Assembly (NCBI GenBank): GCA_963793865.1
Contig: CAWCBP010000001.1
Location: forward strand, 800,001-864,000
DNA: 64,000 nt
Direction of reading: 5' to 3'
From: an uncultured delta proteobacterium
Lineage (GTDB): Bacteria > Desulfobacterota > WTBG01
Within the stretch, counting starts at the first letter, position 1; each line of letters starts with the position of its first letter. Below the pieces are notes generated by a model that made no database searches, was not told the DNA's origin, and saw only the letters and a list, made by a program, of their open reading frames with translations. Of this stretch, positions 19,393 to 28,437 are shown one piece after another. The position numbers were made by a program, and so were the translations under genes.

Positions 19393-21090
19393 GTGCCAGT
19401 GTATATTTTGGGCATATGGGACGGCCATGATTCCGGCGCCGCCGTCATCAAGGGAAACCGCGTTTTAGCGGCGATCAATGAGGAGCGTCTGACCCGCAGG
19501 AAACTGGAGATCCGCTTTCCCTATCAGTCGGTCAGGGAGTGCCTCAGGTACCTCAACCTGCAACCGGGTGACATTAAGCACATTGCGGTTTCCACCTTTG
19601 ACCTGTCTAAAACCATGGCCCGGCTTTTCCCCTCCACCAAGGAGGAATATTATCTCATCCGCAGACGGAAAAAAGCCCCCGGCCTGATGAGCACGCTCAA
19701 AAAGAGGGCAAAATATAAATTAACCGAGCTGCCGGCCAACAGTATAACCGCCCGCTTGAGCGGGATCTCCCTCAGGCGGACCCTTGATGAGCTGGGCTTT
19801 GCCGGCTGCCGGATGCAGCTTGTGGATCATCACCGCTGCCACGCCGCAGCCGCGGCCTTTTGCAGCGGGTTTGATGACTGCCTGGTGATTACCATCGACG
19901 GCATCGGGGATGCCCTCTCCGGCACCATCAGCACCTTTGCCGGGGGCAGGCTTGAGCGAATAACCGCCATCTCCGGAAGGCACTCCCTCGGCATCTTTTT
20001 TGAACACGTTACCAACCTGATGAACATGCGGGAACTGGAGGACGAAGGCAAGGTCATGGCCCTGGCAAATTATGCCTATCCCATTCCCGATGAGCACAAT
20101 CCCCTGCTCGATTTCATTCGGATACAGGGACTTGACGTGCGCTGCCGCTACAGCACGCTCAGGATGTATGACGAGCTTAAGAAAATATTATGGCGCTACC
20201 CGTCGGAACAGTTTGCCTACATGGCCCAGCGCACGCTTGAGGTGAAGATCGTTGAGCTGGTGCGCAACGCCCTCGCGGCGACCGGCAAAAGAAGGGTCGC
20301 GCTGGCAGGAGGGGTGTTTTCCAACATCAAGGTGAACATGCTCGTGCGCACGCTTGCCGGGGTTGATGGGTGCTATGTCTTTCCCCACATGGGAGACGGC
20401 GGACTGGCCCTGGGGGCGGCCCTGGCCGCAAACTATGATGTGAACGGGGTGAGCGGCTGCGTCCTGGACGATGTGTTTCTGGGCGCTGATTACACGGAGG
20501 AGCAGATGCAGGCGGCGCTTGCCGCGAGCGGCCTGGAATACCGTTCGTGTGACGCCATTGAGGAGGAGGCGGCGCAGCTCATCGCCCGTGGCTCCATCAT
20601 CTTCTGGTTTCAGGGCAGGATGGAATACGGACCGCGGGCCCTGGGAAACCGGAGCATACTGGCATTGCCCAATTCCAAACGGATACGGGATCTGCTGAAT
20701 CTGCGGCTGAAGATGCGGGTCTGGTACCAGCCGTTCTGCCCGACCATGCTCGAGGAGGAAGCGCCATCCTACCTGGAGGACTATGACGCGCCCAACCGGT
20801 TCATGACCATGGGATACATGGTTAAGGATGATCGGCGTGACGAGGTTGAGGGGGTCATCAGCGTTGACGGGAGCTGCAGGCCGCAGATGGTGGACGGCTC
20901 TTCCACCCGCTACGGGAAGCTGCTCGGCGCCCTGAAGGCGCTCACCGGAAGGGGGGTGCTGCTCAACACCAGCTTCAATCTGCACGGCGAACCCCTGGTG
21001 TGCTCACCCCAGGATGCCATCGACACCCTCAAGCGGACGGGCAATGAATATCTGGTCATGGGAAATTACCTGGTAAGGGGGAAGGCATGA
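19393..21090 (+). CDS. O-carbamoyltransferase, NodU/CmcH/TobZ family
   Basis: GHDSGAA, EERLTR, DHHRCHA, TIDGIGD, EGKVMALA, GPRALGNRSIL, LNTSFNLHGEP; GTG start after GGAGG. Confidence 0.93.
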   Translation: MPVYILGIWDGHDSGAAVIKGNRVLAAINEERLTRRKLEIRFPYQSVRECLRYLNLQPGDIKHIAVSTFDLSKTMARLFPSTKEEYYLIRRRKKAPGLMSTLKKRAKYKLTELPANSITARLSGISLRRTLDELGFAGCRMQLVDHHRCHAAAAAFCSGFDDCLVITIDGIGDALSGTISTFAGGRLERITAISGRHSLGIFFEHVTNLMNMRELEDEGKVMALANYAYPIPDEHNPLLDFIRIQGLDVRCRYSTLRMYDELKKILWRYPSEQFAYMAQRTLEVKIVELVRNALAATGKRRVALAGGVFSNIKVNMLVRTLAGVDGCYVFPHMGDGGLALGAALAANYDVNGVSGCVLDDVFLGADYTEEQMQAALAASGLEYRSCDAIEEEAAQLIARGSIIFWFQGRMEYGPRALGNRSILALPNSKRIRDLLNLRLKMRVWYQPFCPTMLEEEAPSYLEDYDAPNRFMTMGYMVKDDRRDEVEGVISVDGSCRPQMVDGSSTRYGKLLGALKALTGRGVLLNTSFNLHGEPLVCSPQDAIDTLKRTGNEYLVMGNYLVRGKA

Positions 21091-22877
21091 AACGATTATT
21101 GCAGATGAAGCTGTACCTGGCCGGCGGTCTCATATCCCTTACCGGTGCAATTGTGCTGTACCGCTGGATATCCTCCAACAGCAGCTGGAAACTGCAGGAG
21201 CAGCTGCAGATCATATCCCCGCTCTTTTTGGAAATCTGCTTCTTTCTCCTGATACTCGCGGTGGGCATCAATTTCCGGCTCATCAAAGGCCTTTTCTCCG
21301 GCATACCCCGTACCATCTGGCTTTTTCTTGCGGCGATAACCGTGGGCGGTCTTCTCATCACCGTTTTTGCGGCGCCGCGCGATCACCGGATTTATTATGA
21401 CGAGGATATTTATCTCAGCATTGGTCAGAATATTGCCTATCTTAAAAATACCGGCGCCCATGCCGGGGAGGACTACGGAAGTAGCTTGAGCAGTATCTGG
21501 AAACGATGGACCGGCCGCGCGGCCATGTGCAATGAGGGAAGGCATGAGTACGGCGATTTTTTCTGCGACCGGCTGGAATACAACAAGGAGCCCAACGGAT
21601 GGCCTTATCTGATCAGCATCGTCTTTCGCCTCGCCGGCGTTCATGAAAACGCGATTTTCTGGATGACCAATATTCTGTATGCGCTGTCAATAGTCACCGC
21701 CTTCGGCGCAGCTTATCTGCTTTTCCACTGCCCGTATCGGGGGCTGTTTGCGGCGCTCATCTTTGCCCTGACCCCGGAATATATCATGTGGTCCAACACC
21801 ACCGCGGTTGAACCGAGCGCCGCCTGCTTTGCAGGCCTGGCCGTCCTCAGTGCGCTTATCTATGTAAGAAGCCGGGCGGGAACTGCCCTGTTCCTGCTGA
21901 CGGTCACGGCGGCATTTGCATGCCAGTTCAGGCCGGAGTCCATCATGTGCCTGGCGGTTATCGGCCTGGCGGTGCTGTTTTTTGCCGGAGAAGAGCTGAA
22001 GCGGGGCCGGTTTTATCTTGCCCTGTCGCTTCTCTTTATCCTGATCATTCCCCATCTGGTTCACCTCTATGCGGTGAAAGACATGGGCTGGGGAAGTTCA
22101 GGGCCGAAGTTTTCTTTTGATTTTCTCCAAGGCAACTTGAGGACCAATGCCCTTTTTTATCTGAAGAATGTCAGATTCCCGGTGATGTTCACGGTGCTGT
22201 TTTTCCTTGGTCTGCTGCTGGGAGGAAGGGAAGGGGAGAGGAACGGCAAGACATTCCACCTGTACGAGAAAACCGTGGCGTTATTCTGGTTTCTGCTTTT
22301 CTGGGGCATCTTTATTCTGTTTTACGCGGGCAGCTACGATTACGGCGCGGATGTCCGCTTTGCCCTGCTTTCATCCATGCCGCTGGCCCTGCTTGCCGGA
22401 AGCGGCTGCGTATCGTTTGCCCAGCTCTTTAACCGGCGATTCCGGCACATGCAGTTTCTCGTCGCACTGGTGATTATTTTTTCCTTTATCCCGTTTTTGC
22501 CCTTCGTCAAGGCAATCACCCAGGAGGCATGGGGGGCGCGATATGATCATAATTATGCGCGGGAAATGGCGAAAGAGGTGCCGGATAACGGGATAGTGCT
22601 CACCCATAACCCGAATATGTTCCTCCTGTGGGGAAAGAATGCCGCGCAGGCATCGCTGGCAACCGAACAGACAGGCTACTTCAATCGTTTCTTCAGCCGA
22701 TATCCCGGCGGCATTTATTTCCATTACAATTTCTGGTGCAACGTGCCCGACAAGCTGCAGAATTCATTTTGCAAGAACATTCTGGAGCGCTATGACTGCA
22801 CGCTGATCAAATCCTACAAGGAGAGAGACTACACCTACGAGCTGTATAGGGTTGAAAAGAAGCAGCAGGCGAATTAA
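21087..22877 (+). CDS. GT-C fold (ArnT/PMT-like) membrane glycosyltransferase
   Basis: YYDEDIY acidic motif in the first extracytoplasmic loop; more than 10 TM helices; ATGA overlap with upstream gene. Confidence 0.75.
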   Translation: MKRLLQMKLYLAGGLISLTGAIVLYRWISSNSSWKLQEQLQIISPLFLEICFFLLILAVGINFRLIKGLFSGIPRTIWLFLAAITVGGLLITVFAAPRDHRIYYDEDIYLSIGQNIAYLKNTGAHAGEDYGSSLSSIWKRWTGRAAMCNEGRHEYGDFFCDRLEYNKEPNGWPYLISIVFRLAGVHENAIFWMTNILYALSIVTAFGAAYLLFHCPYRGLFAALIFALTPEYIMWSNTTAVEPSAACFAGLAVLSALIYVRSRAGTALFLLTVTAAFACQFRPESIMCLAVIGLAVLFFAGEELKRGRFYLALSLLFILIIPHLVHLYAVKDMGWGSSGPKFSFDFLQGNLRTNALFYLKNVRFPVMFTVLFFLGLLLGGREGERNGKTFHLYEKTVALFWFLLFWGIFILFYAGSYDYGADVRFALLSSMPLALLAGSGCVSFAQLFNRRFRHMQFLVALVIIFSFIPFLPFVKAITQEAWGARYDHNYAREMAKEVPDNGIVLTHNPNMFLLWGKNAAQASLATEQTGYFNRFFSRYPGGIYFHYNFWCNVPDKLQNSFCKNILERYDCTLIKSYKERDYTYELYRVEKKQQAN

Positions 22878-22907
22878 AGCGTCACCCCGACCTACTACTC
22901 ATGAACA

Positions 22908-22943
22908 AGAGCGCACATTCAGAAACGTGCGCTCTCGTTTTTT
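22908..22943 (+). terminator. Rho-independent terminator
   Basis: AGAGCGCAC-N10-GTGCGCTCT stem followed by CG and TTTTTT. Confidence 0.75.
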
Positions 22944-23071
22944 GGCCGAAGATATAATCAAACCTGCCTGAGTTAGAGACTGTCTGCGCATTGTCTGTTC
23001 ACCTACGGACTCGGTACCTCACCAATGCTACGCATGGCAGATTCTAAAGAGAATTCACCCCAGTTGTCCCA

Positions 23072-23169
23072 TTCGCGGCTGAAAGCCGCTCCTACCGGCT
23101 GTTACCACAATTCTGAGAGATTCACCCGCCCAAGGCTGGTAATTTCTTAGATTTGATCCTGTAAGAATC
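23072..23169 (+). repeat. GTAG-family REP singlet plus long tail (copy B)
   Basis: TTCGCGGCTGAAAGCCGCTCCTACCGG followed by CTGAGAGATTCACC..GGCTGGTAATTTCTTAGATTTGATCCTGTAAGAATC. Confidence 0.85.
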
Positions 23170-23183
23170 AATATCGTAAGGGG

Positions 23184-23251
23184 GGGGACGCCCTTAAAAT
23201 TCTAAAATTCATTGTTCATGCCCGAAAACTTAGAAATTTAAGGGCGTCCCC
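23184..23251. repeat. 22-bp inverted repeat, MITE-like
   Basis: GGGGACGCCCTTAAAATTCTAA-N24-TTAGAAATTTAAGGGCGTCCCC, 21/22 match. Confidence 0.85.
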
Positions 23252-23282
23252 TCCTGATATGAGCTGAGGATGTTTGAACGTT

Positions 23283-23385
23283 CGGTAGGAACTCCTTCCG
23301 GCGTGATACATTCGCGGCGTAAAGCCGCTCCTGCCGATTATATAATTTTTTGAGAGATAATGACTTAGATGTGAGCCTTTACAAT
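23283..23385 (+). repeat. Degenerate GTAG-family REP doublet plus tail (copy C)
   Basis: CGGTAGGAAC...TTCGCGGCGTAAAGCCGCTCCTGCCG then TTTTTGAGAGAT..CTTAGATGTGAGCCT. Confidence 0.78.
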
Positions 23386-23413
23386 TCTATCATGACCATA
23401 ATCCCTTTTTCCC

Positions 23414-23443
23414 TTGACAAGAAAAGGTCGTTGCGGTTATAAG
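23414..23443 (+). promoter_or_regulatory. Sigma70-type promoter for aroA'-aroB'-sppA
   Basis: TTGACA-N18-TATAAG. Confidence 0.55.
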
Positions 23444-23509
23444 TATCGAGAAAAAATGGCAATTTGATTGCTGCATTGAAATATTTTTCGCATCGGGGAG
23501 ATTATTGCA

Positions 23510-24307
23510 ATGATTGGAAAAGAAATACGATTGGAGCGAATTCTTAACCGTAATACCAGGAAGACCGTGATCATTCCCATGGATCATGGTGTCAGCAGCG
23601 GCCCTATAAAGGGACTGCTCGACATGCGGGTGAGTATCGCTGAGGTGGTTAAAGGCGGGGCGAATGCCATCGTCATGCACAAGGGGCTGGTTGCCAACGG
23701 CCACCGGGGCAGAGGCAAGGACGTGGGACTGATAATTCACCTTTCGGCGAGCACCAGGCTGTCGCCGGATCCCAACGCCAAGATGCTGGTCTGCTCGGTG
23801 GAGGAGGCGTTGAAGTTAGGCGCTGATGCGGTTTCCATCCACGTCAACATCGGAGCGGATGACGAGAAAACCATGCTTAAGGATTTTGGCACGGTTTCGC
23901 GGGCCTGCTCATACTGGGGCATGCCGCTTCTGGCCATGGTTTACCCGCGCGGCCGCGCCATAGCCGATGAGTATGATCTCACGGCGGTGAAGCATGCGGC
24001 CCGCCTGGGCGCGGAACTTGGTGCGGATATTGTAAAAGTCTCCTATACCGGTTCAGCCGATAGCTTTCACGAGGTGGTGGAAGGATGCTTTGTGCCGGTT
24101 GTGATCGCCGGCGGTCCCCGAATGGAAACCGACCGGGATATTCTCGAAATGGTGCGCGGTTCGATCCAGGCCGGCGGCGCCGGACTTTCAATCGGCAGAA
24201 ACGCATTTCAGCACAAGGATCCCGCCCGCATCGTCAGGGCCATGGCAAGCATCGTTCACAAAGGTGTGACCGTTGACGAAGCGCTGCAGATAGCGGAGGC
24301 CGACTGA
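23510..24307 (+). CDS. 2-amino-3,7-dideoxy-D-threo-hept-6-ulosonate synthase (class I DhnA-type aldolase, AroA')
   Basis: [44 protein letters not shown]; directly upstream of DHQ synthase II. Confidence 0.9.
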   Translation: MIGKEIRLERILNRNTRKTVIIPMDHGVSSGPIKGLLDMRVSIAEVVKGGANAIVMHKGLVANGHRGRGKDVGLIIHLSASTRLSPDPNAKMLVCSVEEALKLGADAVSIHVNIGADDEKTMLKDFGTVSRACSYWGMPLLAMVYPRGRAIADEYDLTAVKHAARLGAELGADIVKVSYTGSADSFHEVVEGCFVPVVIAGGPRMETDRDILEMVRGSIQAGGAGLSIGRNAFQHKDPARIVRAMASIVHKGVTVDEALQIAEAD

Positions 24308-25299
24308 TGAAGACCGTCTGGATCAAGGCCATACCCTGGAAGAAGGAGATAGTGACCACTGCGCTGGAGAGCGGCGCCGATGCGGTGATGGTGCCCAAAG
24401 GATGCAGCAGCAAGGTGAAAAAGCTCGGGGTCATCACCACCATTGCCGATGACGGCGATCTCCGGCTGGGCAAAGATGTGGTGGAGTGGGAGATCCGCTC
24501 CAAGGCCGATGAGGAGAAGATACTCTCCCTGAGCAGGCGAAGCAAAGTGATTGTCAGGACCCGGGACTGGACGGTGATTCCGCTTGAAAATCTCATTGCC
24601 CAGACCTCGAATCTGATCGTGGAGGTCAAGACCGCGCGTGAAGCAAAGACGGCGCTTAAGGTACTGGAAAAGGGCGTGGACGGGGTTCTTCTCAACACCC
24701 GCGACCTTTCGGAAATAAAGAAGACGGTTGCCCAGATCAAGGAAAGTTCCGAGCGCATCAGCCTGCAGACCGTCCAGATTACCAGGGTGGAGACGCTGGG
24801 CATGGGGGACCGCGTCTGCATAGACACCTGCAGCAACATGGCCATCGGAGAAGGCATGCTGGTCGGCAACAGCAGCAGCGGGCTTTTTCTGGTGCATGCG
24901 GAATCAGTCGAAAACCCTTATGTGGAGCCGAGGCCCTTCCGGGTCAATGCCGGGCCGGTGCATGCCTATGTCAGGGTGCCGGAGGGCAAAACACGGTATC
25001 TATCCGAATTGCGGTCGGGCGATGAGGTGACCATCGTCAATTACAAGGGGCACTGCCAGAACTCCATCGTCGGAAGAATCAAGGTTGAAAAGCGGCCGCT
25101 CATGTTTATTGAGGCGGCGTGCCGGCAAAAGACCATCGCCACCATCCTGCAGAATGCCGAGACCATACGGCTTACCCAGCCCAACGGATCGCCGATTTCG
25201 GTGGTGGATCTGAAGAAAGGGAGCAGGGTACAGGCCTTTCTTGAAGAGGCAGGACGGCATTTCGGGATGAAAATAAAGGAAACCATCACTGAAAAATGA
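24307..25299 (+). CDS. 3-dehydroquinate synthase II (AroB')
   Basis: DWTVIPLENLIA, LEKGVDGV, GDRVCIDTC, RPFRVNAG, YLSEL, LQNAETIRL, RHFG. Confidence 0.94.
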   Translation: MKTVWIKAIPWKKEIVTTALESGADAVMVPKGCSSKVKKLGVITTIADDGDLRLGKDVVEWEIRSKADEEKILSLSRRSKVIVRTRDWTVIPLENLIAQTSNLIVEVKTAREAKTALKVLEKGVDGVLLNTRDLSEIKKTVAQIKESSERISLQTVQITRVETLGMGDRVCIDTCSNMAIGEGMLVGNSSSGLFLVHAESVENPYVEPRPFRVNAGPVHAYVRVPEGKTRYLSELRSGDEVTIVNYKGHCQNSIVGRIKVEKRPLMFIEAACRQKTIATILQNAETIRLTQPNGSPISVVDLKKGSRVQAFLEEAGRHFGMKIKETITEK

Positions 25300-25312
25300 T
25301 CAGGAGAGACCC

Positions 25313-26314
25313 ATGAACACCGGAAGCCCGTGCCGCTGCATCGGCCGGCACACCATCAGATTCGCGCTCGCGGCAGCAGTGCTGTTTCTCTGCGGATGCA
25401 CCTGCTTTTCCATACCGCTCATGGAGCGCGACCGGGAGCTTGACGAAACGGTCGTCTCCGGCAAGGGCAGGGACAAGATACTGCTGCTGGATATTTCCGG
25501 CACCATCAGCAGCCAGGAGAAGCGGGGTGCGATTTCTTTCAGATCGGAGGACAGCCCCGTATCCCGGGTGCGCGAAGAACTCATGCGGGCCGCCAAGGAC
25601 GATCATATCAAGGGTCTGCTCGTGCGCATCAACAGCCCCGGCGGGACGGTTACGGCCAGCGACATTATTTACAATGAAATCAGGCGATTTAAGGAAGAGA
25701 AAAAGGTCCCGGTGGTTGCGGCGATGACGGAACTGGCCGCCTCCGGTGGATATTATGTCGCGGTTGCCGCCGACACAATCGTTGCCCATCCCACATCAAT
25801 AACCGGAAGCATCGGCGTCATTGCCGTCAAGCTCAATGCCCAGGGCCTCATGGAGAAGATCGGGATTGTTGATGAAACCTTTAAAGCGGGCGATAAAAAG
25901 GACCTCTTATCCCCCATGCGTCCGGCGACCGCGGAGGAACGGGAAATAATTCAAACCATGCTCAATGCCTTTCATCAGCGTTTCAAGGATCTGGTGCTCA
26001 AAGGCCGGCCGTCGATTACCGCGGCTGAAATCGACACGCTGGCCGATGGCAGGGTCTATACCGCGGATCAGGCGCTTGCAAACAAGCTTGTTGATGAGAT
26101 CGGCTATCTGGATGACGCGATTGCCGTGGTTAAGAAGGGAGCGGGGATCAAGGAAGCTCGCGTGGTCATGTATCACCGGCCCTGGGGCTATAAAAACAAC
26201 ATTTATTCGCAACTGCTCAGGCCGGAGGTTGAGAACATCAATCTGATCAATCTGGACCTGTCATGGCTGCTGGGTGAAGCCGGGCTGCATTTCATGTACC
26301 TGTGGATTCCCTGA
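25313..26314 (+). CDS. sppA: Signal peptide peptidase SppA (S49), lipoprotein
   Basis: INSPGG, AASGGYY, TGSIGV, DGRVYT; lipobox-like LCGC. Confidence 0.92.
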   Translation: MNTGSPCRCIGRHTIRFALAAAVLFLCGCTCFSIPLMERDRELDETVVSGKGRDKILLLDISGTISSQEKRGAISFRSEDSPVSRVREELMRAAKDDHIKGLLVRINSPGGTVTASDIIYNEIRRFKEEKKVPVVAAMTELAASGGYYVAVAADTIVAHPTSITGSIGVIAVKLNAQGLMEKIGIVDETFKAGDKKDLLSPMRPATAEEREIIQTMLNAFHQRFKDLVLKGRPSITAAEIDTLADGRVYTADQALANKLVDEIGYLDDAIAVVKKGAGIKEARVVMYHRPWGYKNNIYSQLLRPEVENINLINLDLSWLLGEAGLHFMYLWIP

Positions 26315-26322
26315 ACAGCCTG

Positions 26323-26997
26323 TTATTTCTTCCAGTAGTCCTTGAGGCCGGTGCGCAATTTTGCCAGGTCTTTCGCGTAGCCGTAGAGGTGCAGCCCTTT
26401 CGAGGACACAATCATTTCTCCGTCCTCCACGCCGATCTGCCGGGCCATGTATTCCTTCAGCTGCTGAAAACCCGCCAGGTTTGCCGGAAAGCCTCCCCAC
26501 AAATCCCAGCTTCTGAAATAGATGATAAAGTGGAGCTTGTTGTCGCGGATGCGCGTGTCAATGTGCCTCAGGCAGGGCGGATCTTCCAGATCGATGTCGG
26601 ATGGCTGTCCCACCTGCATGATGAGCTGATTGGTGCCGAAGCCGTGTTTTTTGTACCGGTCAATGACTTTATCGACGGAAAGCATCAGCCGTTCGCCGTA
26701 GGTATACTGCTCGTTGTTTTCCTTGATATCCGACAGGAGATAGCGGGCCGCATAATTGTCCACATATTCCTGAGTGGTGGGGGAGGGGATGCCCAATCCG
26801 GGCGGCATGTCCGGAATATGAGGCTTTACCCCCGGATATTTTATGTGGATGGTGATGTAGTCAAACTCCCGTCTGATCTGACCCGCATAGCTGCCAAGGT
26901 CGATGGTGTATTCCGGCACCCCTTCCTTTAAAATGTGCCATAATGCCTGAAACCAGGCATCAGGCAGGGTGGTTGCCTCAAGCGTGACAAGTTCCAT
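26323..26997 (-). CDS. thyA: Thymidylate synthase, short archaeal-type ThyA
   Basis: YTYGERL, DPPCL (catalytic Cys), FRSWDLWGGFPAN, LHLY. Confidence 0.85.
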   Translation of the reverse strand: MELVTLEATTLPDAWFQALWHILKEGVPEYTIDLGSYAGQIRREFDYITIHIKYPGVKPHIPDMPPGLGIPSPTTQEYVDNYAARYLLSDIKENNEQYTYGERLMLSVDKVIDRYKKHGFGTNQLIMQVGQPSDIDLEDPPCLRHIDTRIRDNKLHFIIYFRSWDLWGGFPANLAGFQQLKEYMARQIGVEDGEMIVSSKGLHLYGYAKDLAKLRTGLKDYWKK

Positions 26998-27185
26998 GGT
27001 CTATTCCTCAATCGGTTGTGAAGGAGTGCAGCCTGGAGATGAGCGGGGGGGGATGGAGCAATTCCGCACCGCCGGATATACGTTGGTAAACCGGTTCAAA
27101 AGATATCATTCCCGTTTTTCTTTAGTCAAGTATTTTTCAAAACCCACCCAGCAGTTTTTAACCATGCAAGGGGTGGTGATTGGGC

Positions 27186-27214
27186 TTGACATAACCCCTA
27201 AATTTAGTTATGTT
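27186..27214 (+). promoter_or_regulatory. Sigma70-type promoter for hflKC with overlapping dyad
   Basis: TTGACA-N17-TATGTT; ACATAAC-N11-GTTATGT inverted repeat at 27189-27213. Confidence 0.6.
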
Positions 27215-27393
27215 ACACCTGCTTTTACACATGATCTTCTTGAGCTGTGTGCCTTCGGGGCGTGATGATCATGGTCTATGCTTCCGTAGATAGGGTCACG
27301 AGACGGTTCGCGGTGATTGGTTGCTGCGATTTCTTTATTCCCGCCCGGGGCAGGGCGGCAGAAAGCAGCTCTGGCTGACAGGAGAGTGTAATA

Positions 27394-28437
27394 ATGGTGT
27401 GGAGCGGAGAAAACCGGCAGCGGGACCCCTGGTCCAGAGGTAACGGCGGGCTGCCGCCCGAATTTGAAAAAATCATTGAAACTATCACCCGGGGGTTCAG
27501 GGGCGGAAAGTTCAACCTGCTTTTTGTGCTCCTGATCATCGCGGCGATATGGATTGTTTTTTCCACTGTCTACACCGTAGGGGTGGATGAGGTGGGCGTG
27601 GTGCAGCGCTTCGGGAAATATGTGCGCACTACCATGCCCGGGCTTCATTTTAAACTCCCCAGCGGTATCGAAAAAATGACCAGGGTCAAGGTGAGTTATG
27701 TATATACCGAGGAGTTTGGTCAGCGGACGATAAGTGCAGGTATTCAAACGGAATACGGGTCTGATTCACGCTATCTCAATGAATCACTCATGCTTACCGG
27801 TGATTTAAACTCTGCCTTGGTGCCCTGGGTTGTGCAGTTTAGAATAGATGATCCCTACAAATTTCTTTTTTTGGTAAGAAATGTCCGTTCGACCCTGAGA
27901 GACATGTCGGAATCTGCGGTTCGAGCCGTAGTGGGAGACCGAAGTATCGATGAGGTAATAAGCGGGAGAGAGGATATCGCCCGGGAAGCAAAGATTAAAT
28001 TGCAACAGGCTTTAGATGATTCGCATACCGGGTTAAGCCTGGTCAATGTTGAACTGCAAAAAACAAATGTACCCGAACCGGTGCAGCCTTCTTTCAATGA
28101 AGTGAATAAGGCGGTTCAGGAAAAGGAGCAGCTGATTTATCAGGCCAAGGAGCAGTATAACAAGATTATTCCCACTGCTTTGGGAGAGGCGGAGCAAACC
28201 ATTAAGGCAGCGGAAGGATACGCGCTTGATCGGGTTAATCGATCCAAGGGAGATGCCGACAGGTTCCATGCGCTCTTCGAGGAATACAGCAAGGCAAAAG
28301 ACGTGACCCGTCGCCGGCTTTACCTGGAGGCCATGGCTGTTTTGCTTCCGAAGCTGGGTAACAAATACATCATAGATCCTGATCAGCAGGGTCTTCTTCC
28401 CCTGCTCAACTTGCAAAAGGAGGCTAAAGGACAATGA
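27394..28437 (+). CDS. hflK: FtsH modulator HflK
   Basis: DPW..PP N-terminus, one TM, SPFH domain, ESLMLTGD, VTRRRLYLE. Confidence 0.95.
   Translation: MVWSGENRQRDPWSRGNGGLPPEFEKIIETITRGFRGGKFNLLFVLLIIAAIWIVFSTVYTVGVDEVGVVQRFGKYVRTTMPGLHFKLPSGIEKMTRVKVSYVYTEEFGQRTISAGIQTEYGSDSRYLNESLMLTGDLNSALVPWVVQFRIDDPYKFLFLVRNVRSTLRDMSESAVRAVVGDRSIDEVISGREDIAREAKIKLQQALDDSHTGLSLVNVELQKTNVPEPVQPSFNEVNKAVQEKEQLIYQAKEQYNKIIPTALGEAEQTIKAAEGYALDRVNRSKGDADRFHALFEEYSKAKDVTRRRLYLEAMAVLLPKLGNKYIIDPDQQGLLPLLNLQKEAKGQ

Noticed and set aside
19271..23385. Possible CRISPR array
   Set aside because: The repeats are dispersed, partly inverted and irregularly spaced, with no cas genes; REP-like instead.
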